This document shows positions 8,403 to 18,246 of a stretch of DNA of 64,000 nt, piece after piece. The notes under the pieces were generated by a model, which saw only the letters and a list, made by a program, of their open reading frames with translations, searched no databases and was not told the DNA's origin. The DNA is from Candidatus Spongiisociaceae bacterium (GTDB taxonomy: Bacteria > Actinomycetota > Acidimicrobiia > Spongiisociales > Spongiisociaceae), in contig CBDCOH010000002.1 of assembly GCA_965219685.1 (NCBI GenBank), forward strand, positions 3,680,001 through 3,744,000, read 5' to 3'. The position numbers were made by a program, and so were the translations under genes. Within the stretch, counting starts at the first letter, position 1. Each line of letters opens with the position of its first letter.

Positions 8403-10424
8403 ATGACTACCTGGCTCGAAGAGAGACCCGGCCCGGCCCGGACCAGGCCCAATGTACGTATCCCCATGCGCGACGGTGTCGAGTTGTCGGCCGACCTGTT
8501 CTACCCGGAATCGGACGATCCGGCTCCGGTGATCATCAAGTACTACCCCTACCGCAAGGACGACGGCCTGCGAGTCCTGACCGTGTACCGCGCCAACTAC
8601 TACGCCGCCCACGGCTACATAACCGCCCTGCTCGACGTGCGCGGGACGGGCGGCTCGGCGGGGGTGTGCGACCGGATGCTGCGGCTCCAGGAGTGGGAGG
8701 ACGGCTACGACGCGGTCGAGTGGCTGGCCGCCCAGCCGTGGTGCACCGGGTCGGTGGCGATGACCGGGGTCTCGTACGGGGGCTACTCGGCCCTGCTGAC
8801 CGCGGCCCAGGCGCCCCCCAGCCTCAAGGCGATCGCTCCGATCTACGCCGGCTGGGACTGCTACGAGAACAGCCACCAGGGCGGGATGTGGCAAACATCG
8901 ATCTGGACCGGGGCCTACAACGCCATGATGATCGCCCTGTCCGGGGCGCCCCCGGCCGCCGACCCCGAGGGCGCCTGGCTGGAGATCTGGGAGGAGCACC
9001 TCGCCAACAACAAGCCCTGGCTCGAGGCGTGGATGCACAACCCGGTCGACGGACCCGTTTGGCACGAGGGGTCGGTCCGCTACGGGCTGGACAACATCGA
9101 CGCCGCCACGTTCATCATCGGCGGCTGGCACGACATCTTCGTCTCCGACCCGTTCTACATGTACATGAACCTGAATCCTGGCGTGCCGAAGAAGCTGATG
9201 ATGGGCCCTTACCTGCACATTGCTCCCGATATCGGAGCCCCCGGGGAGCGTGTCGACCACCTGCACGAGATCGTGCGATGGTTCGACCAGTACGTGAAGG
9301 GCGAGGACACCGGCATCGCGGAGGAGCCACCCGTCAACATGTGGGTGCGCGCCTACGACCGTCCCCAGGCCCGGCGGGAGGGCGCCAACGGCTACTGGCG
9401 TTCCGAAGCGGAGTGGCCGCTCGCTCGGGCGACGGACGAGGCCCTCTACCTGCATCCCCGAGGGCGGCTGGCCGAAGACGCCCCGGTGAGCGGGGAAGGT
9501 GGAAGCGTCTCCTACGATTACGACCCGGTGGTGGGTGTCTCCACGATGGGCCTGATAACCGGTTTCGGCGCCGACGTCGGTCTGCCGCTGGACCAGCGCC
9601 GGGAGGCGGTGGGCTCGGCGGTGTTCATCGGCGAGCCGCTCGATGCGGATGTCGAGGTCACCGGATTCCCCGAAGCGACCCTATACGTGTCGTCCACAGC
9701 CGAGGTCACCGCCTTTTCGGTCAAGCTGATCGACGTCCATCCCGACGGTCCCTGGGCGCTTGTGTCCAGGATCATCCAGAACACGGCTCAGCGGAACTCC
9801 CGGACCGATCCGGAACCCCTGGTACCCGGCGAGGTGACCGAGCTCAACATCGAGTTGGAGGCCGCCTCCTACGTGTTCGGGGCGGGCCACCGGATGGGAA
9901 TCATGATCTCGAGCTCGGAGTTTCCGCTGCTCTGGCCCTTGCCGCAGAGCGCCATCAACACCATCCACATGGATGCCGATCATCCCTCCCGGGTAACCAT
10001 CCCGGTGGTGCGCAACCCCGACTCCGGCCTGCCGCCGCCCGACTACCGCCCGGCTCACCCGGTCGACATACCGGGTACCGCCGAGCCGCTGCGCTGGGAC
10101 CTGGTGGAGGACCTCGCCGGTACGGAGGTGAGCGTGGTGGTCTCGACGGGTGGGGAGGCCGTCTTGGACAACGGCGCCCGGGTGTACTCCCATGTGGACT
10201 TCAAGGTCACCACCGATCGGGCCGATCCCGCCAACTCAAGGGTCGAGTCCGGCTACCGCTACGACGTGGACCACGGCACCGCCATGACCGAGGTCAAGAG
10301 CACCGGCCGCGTGGAGGGGAGCGCCGACGCCTTCCACGCCGTGACAGCACTCGAGGTCCGCAGCGACGGGATGCCCTGCTTCTCCCGGACCTGGCACAGC
10401 TCGGTCCCTAGGGGATTCCTGTGA
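8403..10424 (+). CDS. CocE/NonD-family (peptidase S15) serine hydrolase
   Basis: IPMRDGVELSADL, PYRKDD, DVRGTGGS, nucleophile GVSYGG, GGWHD and MGPYLH. Start could be GTG 8394. Confidence 0.9.
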   Translation: MTTWLEERPGPARTRPNVRIPMRDGVELSADLFYPESDDPAPVIIKYYPYRKDDGLRVLTVYRANYYAAHGYITALLDVRGTGGSAGVCDRMLRLQEWEDGYDAVEWLAAQPWCTGSVAMTGVSYGGYSALLTAAQAPPSLKAIAPIYAGWDCYENSHQGGMWQTSIWTGAYNAMMIALSGAPPAADPEGAWLEIWEEHLANNKPWLEAWMHNPVDGPVWHEGSVRYGLDNIDAATFIIGGWHDIFVSDPFYMYMNLNPGVPKKLMMGPYLHIAPDIGAPGERVDHLHEIVRWFDQYVKGEDTGIAEEPPVNMWVRAYDRPQARREGANGYWRSEAEWPLARATDEALYLHPRGRLAEDAPVSGEGGSVSYDYDPVVGVSTMGLITGFGADVGLPLDQRREAVGSAVFIGEPLDADVEVTGFPEATLYVSSTAEVTAFSVKLIDVHPDGPWALVSRIIQNTAQRNSRTDPEPLVPGEVTELNIELEAASYVFGAGHRMGIMISSSEFPLLWPLPQSAINTIHMDADHPSRVTIPVVRNPDSGLPPPDYRPAHPVDIPGTAEPLRWDLVEDLAGTEVSVVVSTGGEAVLDNGARVYSHVDFKVTTDRADPANSRVESGYRYDVDHGTAMTEVKSTGRVEGSADAFHAVTALEVRSDGMPCFSRTWHSSVPRGFL

Positions 10425-11806
10425 GCCTGGACCGGGCCTACGAGTCGGCGATCGGGGATGACCGCTCCCATGTGATCCACCCATTCAGCCAGCTCGCCAC
10501 CACCGAGATCACCGCCGACGACATGTACGTGGGAGGGGAGGGCTGCTTCCTGCAGGACGCCCGAGGCAACCGGCTGTTCGACGCCAACGCCGGGCTCTGG
10601 TGCGTGAACATCGGTTACGGGCGGACCGAGATGGTGGAGGCCATCGCCGAGCAGACCGCCCGGATGAGCTACGGCCAGATCTTCGCCGGGAACGCCAACC
10701 TGCCGTCGGCCGAGCTGGCGGGCCGGATCGCATATCTGGCCCCCGACGGTCTCAACAAGGTGTTCTTCAGCACCGGAGGTTCGATCGCCAACGAGACGGC
10801 GGTGCGCACAGCCCACCACTACTTCCGGCTGCAAGGCAGGGACAGCAAGCGGTTTGTGCTGAGCGTCGACCAGTCGTACCACGGGTCCACGTACCTGGCG
10901 GCCTCGCTCACCTTCTCGGGGAACTACCACGAGACGTTCCACGTGGTGGACGTGGTCCGCAAGGTCGCCTCCCCCTACCAGTACCGCGCGCCGGGGGGCC
11001 TGGGCGGCGAGGACTTCGTCGACTACCTGGTGGACGACCTGGAACGGACCATCACCCGGTTGGGCGCCGACAACATCGCGTGCTTCATCCTGGAGCCGGT
11101 GCTGGGCGCCGGAGGGGTGATCGTGCCGCCCGACGGTTACCACGCCCGGATGGTGGAGGTGTGCCGGGCCAACGACATCTTCGTGATCGCCGACGAGGTG
11201 GTGACCGGGTTCGGCCGCCTGGGCCACTTCATGGCCGCCGAGACGGTGTTCGGGATGGAAGCCGACATGATCACCCTGGGCAAGGGGATCAGCTCGGCCT
11301 ACCAACCCCTGGCAGCCACGCTCGTGTCGGACCGTATCCACGATGTCATCAGCTCGTCCAAGGACCCCGACCAGATCTACGCCCACGGGTTCACCCACTC
11401 CGGCCACCCTGTGTGTTGCGCGGCCGGCCTCGCCAACCTCGACATCATGGAACGGGAGGACATCTGCGGACATGTGACCCGGGCGGGGTCCGGATTCCAG
11501 GCCCGGCTACGGGATCTCCATGACTCGGCACTGGTGGGCGAGGTCCGAGGCATGGGTTTCATGGCGGCAGTGGAACTCGTCCAGGACCGCGACACCAAGG
11601 CGGTCTTCCCTCCGGAGGTCGGGATATCCGGCCGGGTAGAGGCCCACTGCCGGAGCCAGGGCCTGATCGTGCGACCCCTGCGCCAGCACATCATCCTGTC
11701 GCCGCCCCTGGTCATGACGGCCGAGCAGGGTGAGTGGGTGGTCGGGGTAATCCGCGGGAGTCTCGAACGGGTGGAGTCCGACCTCCGGGCCGAAGGGATA
11801 CGCTGA
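10421..11806 (+). CDS. Class III PLP aminotransferase (omega-amino acid/putrescine type)
   Basis: AGLWCVNIGYG, SYHGST, IADEVVTGFGR, ITLGKG (PLP Lys) and HGFTHSGHP. Confidence 0.93.
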   Translation: MSLDRAYESAIGDDRSHVIHPFSQLATTEITADDMYVGGEGCFLQDARGNRLFDANAGLWCVNIGYGRTEMVEAIAEQTARMSYGQIFAGNANLPSAELAGRIAYLAPDGLNKVFFSTGGSIANETAVRTAHHYFRLQGRDSKRFVLSVDQSYHGSTYLAASLTFSGNYHETFHVVDVVRKVASPYQYRAPGGLGGEDFVDYLVDDLERTITRLGADNIACFILEPVLGAGGVIVPPDGYHARMVEVCRANDIFVIADEVVTGFGRLGHFMAAETVFGMEADMITLGKGISSAYQPLAATLVSDRIHDVISSSKDPDQIYAHGFTHSGHPVCCAAGLANLDIMEREDICGHVTRAGSGFQARLRDLHDSALVGEVRGMGFMAAVELVQDRDTKAVFPPEVGISGRVEAHCRSQGLIVRPLRQHIILSPPLVMTAEQGEWVVGVIRGSLERVESDLRAEGIR

Positions 11807-11842
11807 CCGGACACGAGTCGCGGACCGGGAGGTCGTACGTCG

Positions 11843-12952
11843 ATGTCTAGCGTCCCCATCCTGGCAGCCGTCTCCCGCGATACGGGTTCCGACCTGGAAC
11901 TCGAAGAACTCCGCCTGGAGGAACCCGGACCGGGGGAGGTGCGGGTCCGGATCGCCGCCGCGGCCATCTGCGCGAGCGACACTGCATACATAGACGGCGC
12001 GTGGGACGCACCGAGGCCGGCGGTGTTCGGACATGAAGCGGCTGGCGTGATCGACGCCGTCGGCGCCGGCGTGGAGGATGCCGACCCCGGTGATCGGGTG
12101 GTTGTGACCCTGGTGCGCAGTTGCGGGTCGTGCCGCCATTGCCTCCGGGGGGAACCGGTCGCATGCCGGGGCGAGTTCGGACTGGACGAGCGACACCCGA
12201 CACGCGACCGGACGGGTAGGCCGGTGCACCGGGGTCTCCGGGTCGCCGCCTTCGCGTCGGCCGTGCTCGTTCACCGCTCCCAGGTCGTGAAGGTGGGCGC
12301 CGGGATCCGCCTCGATGCCGCCGCGCTGCTGTCGTGCGGGGTGCTGACCGGTGTCGGATCCGTGTTCAACACGGCGGACGTCCAGTCAGGCTCGCACGTC
12401 GTCGTGCTCGGCTGCGGCGGTGTGGGACTCAACGTCTTGCAGGGGGCCCGCATCGCGGGCGCGGCCACGGTTACGGCGGTCGACCCGGATCCCCGCAAGC
12501 TGGCCGCCGCGCGACGGTTCGGCGCTAGCGGCGCGGTCGGCTCCGGTGACGATGTCGATGCCGCCGTCTCGGAAGTCACCGGCGGAGAGATGGCCGACTA
12601 CGTGTTCGTGGCCACCTCCTCGGTGACGGCCATCGAGACAGGCTTCGGTCTGCTGGCCCGGATGGGAGCCCTCGTGATCGTGGGCATGCCCCCGACCGGA
12701 GCCACCGCAACGCTCGATGCCGGCTCGGTGGCGGCCTCCAACCAGCGGGTTCTCGGTTCGAAGATGGGTACCACCCGGCCGGCCGAGGACATTCCCAGGC
12801 TGGCCGACCTGTACGCGGAAGGCCGGTTGGAGCTTGACGGCTTGATAACCGGGCGTTACCGGTTCGAAGACATCAACGAGGCGCTGGAGTCGTCCCGCCG
12901 GGGCGACGCGCTGCGAAACTTGGTGATCATGGCGGACGAGCTGATTCCATGA
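11843..12952 (+). CDS. Zn-dependent alcohol dehydrogenase (MDR, class III-like)
   Basis: ICASD, GHEAAG, CGSCRHC..C and GCGGVG. Confidence 0.92.
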   Translation: MSSVPILAAVSRDTGSDLELEELRLEEPGPGEVRVRIAAAAICASDTAYIDGAWDAPRPAVFGHEAAGVIDAVGAGVEDADPGDRVVVTLVRSCGSCRHCLRGEPVACRGEFGLDERHPTRDRTGRPVHRGLRVAAFASAVLVHRSQVVKVGAGIRLDAAALLSCGVLTGVGSVFNTADVQSGSHVVVLGCGGVGLNVLQGARIAGAATVTAVDPDPRKLAAARRFGASGAVGSGDDVDAAVSEVTGGEMADYVFVATSSVTAIETGFGLLARMGALVIVGMPPTGATATLDAGSVAASNQRVLGSKMGTTRPAEDIPRLADLYAEGRLELDGLITGRYRFEDINEALESSRRGDALRNLVIMADELIP

Positions 12953-14154
12953 AGATCTCCGGGTTCGAGACCTTCGTGGTGGCCAACCCGCCTCCGGGCT
13001 TCGGCGGCCGCTACTTCATATTCGTGAAGCTCACCACCGACGACGGGATCGTCGGCTACGGCGAGCACTACGGGGCCACGTTCCGGCCGCTGGTCGTTGA
13101 GGCGATGCTGCGAGACGTTGCCGGGGCGCTCCTGATCGGAGAGGACCCCTTCCGGATAGAGCGCTTCTTCCGCCGCGCCTACGGGCGAGGCTTCACGGCC
13201 CGGCCCGACGTGTCGATGGCCGGAGTGGTCAGCGCCCTCGAGATGGCCTGCTGGGACATCATCGGCAAGGCCCTGGACAGGCCTGTCCACGCGCTGTTGG
13301 GCGGCCGGGTCCGGGACGCGGTCCGCTCCTACACCTATCTCTATCCAGAACTCGGCGAAGAAGGCGACGTGTACGCCGATCCTGAACTGGCGGCCAGCCG
13401 AGCTGCCGAGTACGCCGCTCGAGGGTTCACCGCTGTCAAGTTCGACCCGGCCGGTCCCTACTCGTCGATGGGTGGCTACCAGCCGCTCCTGGAACGGATC
13501 GATCTGTCCGTGCGGTTCTGCCGAGCGATCAGGGAGGCCGTCGGGACCGGCGCCGACATCCTGTTCGGAACGCACGGGCAGTTCACGCCCGCCGGCGCCA
13601 TCCGCCTCGCCAAGGCCCTCGAGCCCTTCGACCCGCTGTGGTTCGAGGAGCCTGTCCCGCCCGACGACATCCCGGGGATGGCCCGTGTCCGCAGCCGCAC
13701 GTCCATCCCGATCGCGGCCGGCGAGCGCTTGGTCAACAAAGTCGAGTTCGCCCAGGTCATCGCGGCGGAGGCGATCGACATCGCGCAGCCCGACCTGGGA
13801 CGGTGCGGGGGCTTGCTCGAGGGCAAGAAGATAGCCTCGATAGCCGAGGCTCACGGCGTGCAGATCGCTCCGCACTGTTACAGCGGTCCCATCGTCGGCG
13901 CCGCCAACCTGCAGTTGGCCGCATGCACGCCCAACCTCCTGGTTCTCGAGGCGATCAAGGACTGGGGCGGGTTCCACGCCGAACTGCTGAAGGCCCCTCT
14001 TCGGCTGGAGGGCGGGCACACCATCGTTCCGTCTGCGCCGGGTCTGGGAGTGGAACTAGACGAGGAAGTCGCCCGTGCACACGCCTTCGACGGCGAGGGC
14101 CTGCATATCGAGATGGTGGACGAACCGGTCGACTACGGGAGTGGTGAGTGGTGA
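12949..14154 (+). CDS. Mandelate racemase/galactonate dehydratase-like enzyme
   Basis: EMACWDIIGK, AVKFDP, GTHGQF, WFEEP, AGERL, APH and PGLG. Confidence 0.9.
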   Translation: MKISGFETFVVANPPPGFGGRYFIFVKLTTDDGIVGYGEHYGATFRPLVVEAMLRDVAGALLIGEDPFRIERFFRRAYGRGFTARPDVSMAGVVSALEMACWDIIGKALDRPVHALLGGRVRDAVRSYTYLYPELGEEGDVYADPELAASRAAEYAARGFTAVKFDPAGPYSSMGGYQPLLERIDLSVRFCRAIREAVGTGADILFGTHGQFTPAGAIRLAKALEPFDPLWFEEPVPPDDIPGMARVRSRTSIPIAAGERLVNKVEFAQVIAAEAIDIAQPDLGRCGGLLEGKKIASIAEAHGVQIAPHCYSGPIVGAANLQLAACTPNLLVLEAIKDWGGFHAELLKAPLRLEGGHTIVPSAPGLGVELDEEVARAHAFDGEGLHIEMVDEPVDYGSGEW

Positions 14155-14187
14155 GTGGTGAGTGGTGGTTCGTGGCTGGTGGCCCGT
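14139..14187 (+). repeat. Heptamer array (GAGTGGT) x4 plus degenerate units
   Basis: Read directly; contains the stop codon of the upstream gene. Confidence 0.85.
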
Positions 14188-14249
14188 AACCAATCTCACT
14201 GACGGGACACCTGGCGCCAGGCGCCCCGGCCCGAGGTTGCAGGGAATGT

Positions 14250-14549
14250 TCACGCTGATGCCGGTACCACCGGTTCGGGGCTACCGACCGTGATCTGATC
14301 CTCGCGAAGTCGGGCCTGAGCGAGGTCGTAGGCGGCCTGCCGACGGATCCAGAATTCGGCGTTGGACCATCCGACTTTCTCCAGACGGATCGCCATCTCT
14401 GGTGAGATGCCGGCATGCCCGTTGAGGACGCGGGAGAGCGTGTGTCGGGCGACGCCCAGCATGCGCGCAGCTTCGGTCACAGTGAGCCTTCCCGCCAGGC
14501 AACCCTCCCGGAGGCTGATCCCCGGATGAGTGGGGTACTCGATGGACAT
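14250..14549 (-). CDS. higA: HigA addiction-module antitoxin (HTH)
   Basis: HPG...[33 protein letters not shown]...W...QAAYDL. Confidence 0.9.
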   Translation of the reverse strand: MSIEYPTHPGISLREGCLAGRLTVTEAARMLGVARHTLSRVLNGHAGISPEMAIRLEKVGWSNAEFWIRRQAAYDLAQARLREDQITVGSPEPVVPASA

Positions 14550-14562
14550 CGTTTCGCTCCTC

Positions 14563-14844
14563 CTAGTGGTAGTCGACTAGGTCCACGTCGAACGCATCAC
14601 CTTCCTCAAACCTGAAGACAATCCGCCAGTTGCGTGACACGCGAATACTCCAGAAACCCGCAAGCTCTCCCTTGAGCGGGTGGAGTTGATACGTGGGAAG
14701 ATGGAGATCTTTGACCTTCTCGGCCACATCGAGGTCCGAGAGTATGGTCGCAATCCGCGCCTGGTGTGTCGTGTGGACCTTGCGGAAATCTCCACGTTCG
14801 TGTGCCCTCCTGAGCCCTCTGTGGCGAACGTTTCGGATCACCAC
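14563..14844 (-). CDS. higB: HigB toxin (RelE/ParE superfamily)
   Basis: RHRGL...LHPLKGELAGFWSIRVSRNWRIVFRF...VDLVDYH, immediately upstream of higA. Confidence 0.9.
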   Translation of the reverse strand: MVIRNVRHRGLRRAHERGDFRKVHTTHQARIATILSDLDVAEKVKDLHLPTYQLHPLKGELAGFWSIRVSRNWRIVFRFEEGDAFDVDLVDYH

Positions 14845-14983
14845 TAAGAAAGCGTACCGTGTACCGGTATCAGTATCAGCCTAGTAGGACGGCGGGTCTT
14901 GTCGGATCGTTTGTAGCATCTCCGTGACGACCGTGTCTTGTTAACAATCACAGCAATAGGCTAACACCTACTGCCACTACTTG

Positions 14984-15487
14984 CTATCGTGTAGGGTCGC
15001 GCAGGCAGCGTTCATCGGCTAGTGCCTCGAGAAGCTGGCTGTAGGCCTCGAGTCCGGGTTCGGACTCGGGCACGTCCAGCAGTTCGCCACGGGCGTCGGC
15101 GACCGGGGCTGTTGCATCCTGCAGGGTCGTATCGCCCTTCCAAGCCTCGCAGACCGCACTGATGTCAACCAGCAACTCGTCCTCGGTCACGTCCGCAAAG
15201 GCGGTTCCCCCGGCTGCCGACTGCAACTGGTCGATCAGATCGGGTTGTGGCGAGGCCGGCTGCTGGGCGGGCGTCGTACCGGACGTGTCGGATGCCGGAC
15301 ACCAGGAACACTCCTCGATCTTGGCGGTGGTGGACGGTTGCTCCTCAGCCCGGGCGGTGGTGGACGGTTGCTCCTCCACGTCGGTCGTGGGCGGGGTCTG
15401 CTGTTCTACCTCGGTGCCGGGTCCGTGACAGGAGGTTGACGCCAGGAAGGCGGTCAAGATCCATGGAGCGAGCCGCGATACCTTCAA
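14984..15487 (-). CDS. Hypothetical, probable lipoprotein with 10-aa (30-nt) repeats
   Basis: TTG start overlapping the CocE stop. MKVSRLAPWILTAFLASTSC resembles a signal peptide/lipobox; EEQPSTTA repeats at 15323-15407. Confidence 0.5.
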   Translation of the reverse strand: MKVSRLAPWILTAFLASTSCHGPGTEVEQQTPPTTDVEEQPSTTARAEEQPSTTAKIEECSWCPASDTSGTTPAQQPASPQPDLIDQLQSAAGGTAFADVTEDELLVDISAVCEAWKGDTTLQDATAPVADARGELLDVPESEPGLEAYSQLLEALADERCLRDPTR

Positions 15488-17184
15488 CGGGGGATGACGG
15501 GGAGGAGCACGTGGCTGGGGCGGTCCCGGTTGTGGAACACCCGCTGGGTCGCCGGTTGCATGGAGGTCTCGTTCCACAACTCGCCGCCCATGTTCGGGTT
15601 GCGGTCGAATCGGGGGAAGTTGCTGCTGGACACTTCCACCCGGATCCGGTGTCCTGCTTTGAAGACCTGGCTGGTCTGCCACATGTCGATGGTGAACTCG
15701 TAGGGCGTTCCCGGAGTCATCAGGCTCGGGTCGGTGACCGAGTCCCGGTACCGGGCCCGGCGGATCCCCTCGCACACGATGATGGCCCGCCCGTCCGGAT
15801 GGACGTCGCAGAGGGTGGCGGTGAAGTCCGTGTCCGGCGCCGAACTGGAGGCGTGGAGGGTCATGGTCACCGGGCCGGTGACCTCTAGGTCGCGATCGAG
15901 GCGGTCGCCGGTGTATACGAGAACGTCGGACCGCTCCTGCAGCACGGCGCGGTCCTTGGGACCGGCGTTGTCGAGCATCACATCACATCCGCCGAGGGTG
16001 GGGACGGGATCGGCCGGGTTGTACACGAACCGGTCGGGCGGTTCCTGCCCCGGAGGCTCGAAAGAGACCGTGCCGTCACCGGCGAGCGACCGGGCGTCTC
16101 CTCCGCTGTGCAGGTAAAGGGGCCGGTACTCGGTGCGGGCCAGGGGCCACTCGTCCTCGCTGCGCCACTCGGCGTCGCCCATCACGTAGATCCGCACGGG
16201 GGGTTCCCTGTCCACACCGTTGTCGATGCCCTTGAGCCGGCGGTCGTACCAGTCGAGATGCAGGCCTGGCAGGTCGAACTCGCCCCCCGGTCCCAGGTCG
16301 ATGTCGCCGTTGCGGTCGGCCCGATCTAGATCGTGGGACCACGGGCCGATGATGATCCGGGTCAGATCCCGCGCCGTCGCCGACCCGCCCCCCTGCTTGA
16401 GGCCCGCGTAGGCCTTCATGACCTCCCGTGACAGGTTGTCGTACCAGCCGGTGACGAAGTGGGCGGGGGCTTCGATCATCCCGTACTTGTCCTTGAGGCC
16501 GTAGGTCTGCCAGGACTCGTCGAAGGTGGGATGGTCCAGGAACTTCCAGTAGGCGGGCCGGAAGATGCCCGACACCGCCTCGCGCAGCGGCATGTGGCGG
16601 TAGAGGGCCTCGACATCGAGGAACTCGAAGCTGGTGCAGTTCATCGTTCGGCGCCCGCTGTTGATGCCCCACACGAAGTTCTGCAGCTGGAGCACGCCTC
16701 CGTCCATCAGGAAGTAGCCGAAGTTGTCCTCCTGGTTGCCCACCGGCAGGATGCCTTTGAGAGCGGGATGGCCCGACAGGGCCGCCTGGAGTTGGGTGAA
16801 GGCCACATAGGACTGCCCGAAGGTGCCGATGTTCCCGTCGCACCAGGGCTGGGCGGCCAGCCAGGCCAGCGTATCGGCCCCGTCGGGGGCCTCGAAGATG
16901 TAGGGGACGTAATCGCCACCCGAGTCGTACCGGCCCCGGCAGTCCTGCATCACCGCCGCGTACCCCCCGCCCAGGAAGCGGGGCACCCACTCCTGGAGGT
17001 AGGCCAGGTCGGTGCAGATCTCTCCACTCTGCTTCCCGTAGACGGTGCGGCACAGGAGCGTGGGAAACGGGCCGTCGCCGGGCGGGAGGTATATGTCGGC
17101 CGACAGGTCGACGCCGTCCCGCATCGGCACCATCACGTCGATCATGACCGAGACCCCGGCCCGAACCTCCTCTATGGCACCCAT
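15484..17184 (-). CDS. CocE/NonD-family serine hydrolase
   Basis: VPMRDGVDLSADIY, QDCRGRYDS, GQSY, TGWYD, IGPWSH and SSSNFPRFDRN; GGAGGGAG RBS before ATG 17184. Confidence 0.92.
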   Translation of the reverse strand: MGAIEEVRAGVSVMIDVMVPMRDGVDLSADIYLPPGDGPFPTLLCRTVYGKQSGEICTDLAYLQEWVPRFLGGGYAAVMQDCRGRYDSGGDYVPYIFEAPDGADTLAWLAAQPWCDGNIGTFGQSYVAFTQLQAALSGHPALKGILPVGNQEDNFGYFLMDGGVLQLQNFVWGINSGRRTMNCTSFEFLDVEALYRHMPLREAVSGIFRPAYWKFLDHPTFDESWQTYGLKDKYGMIEAPAHFVTGWYDNLSREVMKAYAGLKQGGGSATARDLTRIIIGPWSHDLDRADRNGDIDLGPGGEFDLPGLHLDWYDRRLKGIDNGVDREPPVRIYVMGDAEWRSEDEWPLARTEYRPLYLHSGGDARSLAGDGTVSFEPPGQEPPDRFVYNPADPVPTLGGCDVMLDNAGPKDRAVLQERSDVLVYTGDRLDRDLEVTGPVTMTLHASSSAPDTDFTATLCDVHPDGRAIIVCEGIRRARYRDSVTDPSLMTPGTPYEFTIDMWQTSQVFKAGHRIRVEVSSSNFPRFDRNPNMGGELWNETSMQPATQRVFHNRDRPSHVLLPVIPR

Positions 17185-17347
17185 CTCGTCTCCCTCCAGG
17201 ACGGTGGCTCGACAGGGCAGCGAACCCGAAAGACAGATTCCCGTCCGGCGTCCAACGGTAGCGGCGCGCCGAAATCGGTGGCGGGGTCGACCGGTGCGGG
17301 TGTACGGTGATGCGGAGTACGCACAAGGCGAGGACGGAGAGGTCGGG

Positions 17348-18238
17348 ATGATCATCGACACGCATGTCTGGCTCTCGAAGCCGGAGCATTGGGGCGACCA
17401 GGACATCATGGACGATGCGATGTACAAGGCGGGCTGGGCCGCCCGGGGACTCGGTACCACGACCGGGCTCACCAAGGGTACGAACGCCGAGCAGATGGTG
17501 GAGATCATGGACGAGGCGGGGGTCGACATGGCGGTCTGTCACTCTGTGAAGGTGCCCCGTCTCAACACCCACGTGCCCACCGAGTGGGTGATCTCGGAGT
17601 GCGCCAAGTTCCCCGACCGGCTCATCCCGATGGGCAGCGTCGACCTGCTCGGCGGCGTCAAGTCTCTCCGGGAGATGGAGGAGATCACCGCCATGGGGGG
17701 CGTCGGCATGAAGATGACCCCCGCTCCCAGCTACGGCATCGCCCTCAACGACGAGCGCCTGATGCCGATCTACGAGAAGGCTGCCGAACTAGGGATGATC
17801 CTCCAGATCCACACCGGCTGGTCCGGGTTCGGCCGGCTGGCCCTGCAGCATCCCATCCTGCTGGACGACGTGGCGGTACGCGTCCCCGAACTGAAGCTGA
17901 TCGTGGTGCACGCCGGGGAGAACTACTACGAGGAAGTCGTGATGATGATGCTGAAGAATCCCAACATGTACGCCGGCACCGGCTGGTGGGGGTTCCTGCA
18001 GCCGCTGGAGACCAACGTGCGGTTCCTCAAGTACGCCAAGCACTTCATGGTGCTCGACAAGTGCCTGTGGGGCACCGACAACTTCGACTGCCGCGAGGAC
18101 GTGCCCTACACGAAGTCATTCCCGAGGCTGGCCAGGGAACTGAACATCGCTCCGGGGTTGCCGGAGCTCACGGATGAGGACATAGACGCCTACCTCGGCG
18201 ACAACGCAGCCCGGCTGTACGGGGTCGAAAGGGACTGA
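17348..18238 (+). CDS. Amidohydrolase_2-family protein
   Basis: IIDTHV, MDEAGVD, PIYEKAAELG..IHTG, VHAG and WGTD; GGAGAGG RBS. Confidence 0.85.
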   Translation: MIIDTHVWLSKPEHWGDQDIMDDAMYKAGWAARGLGTTTGLTKGTNAEQMVEIMDEAGVDMAVCHSVKVPRLNTHVPTEWVISECAKFPDRLIPMGSVDLLGGVKSLREMEEITAMGGVGMKMTPAPSYGIALNDERLMPIYEKAAELGMILQIHTGWSGFGRLALQHPILLDDVAVRVPELKLIVVHAGENYYEEVVMMMLKNPNMYAGTGWWGFLQPLETNVRFLKYAKHFMVLDKCLWGTDNFDCREDVPYTKSFPRLARELNIAPGLPELTDEDIDAYLGDNAARLYGVERD

Positions 18239-18246
18239 TCGAAGCG

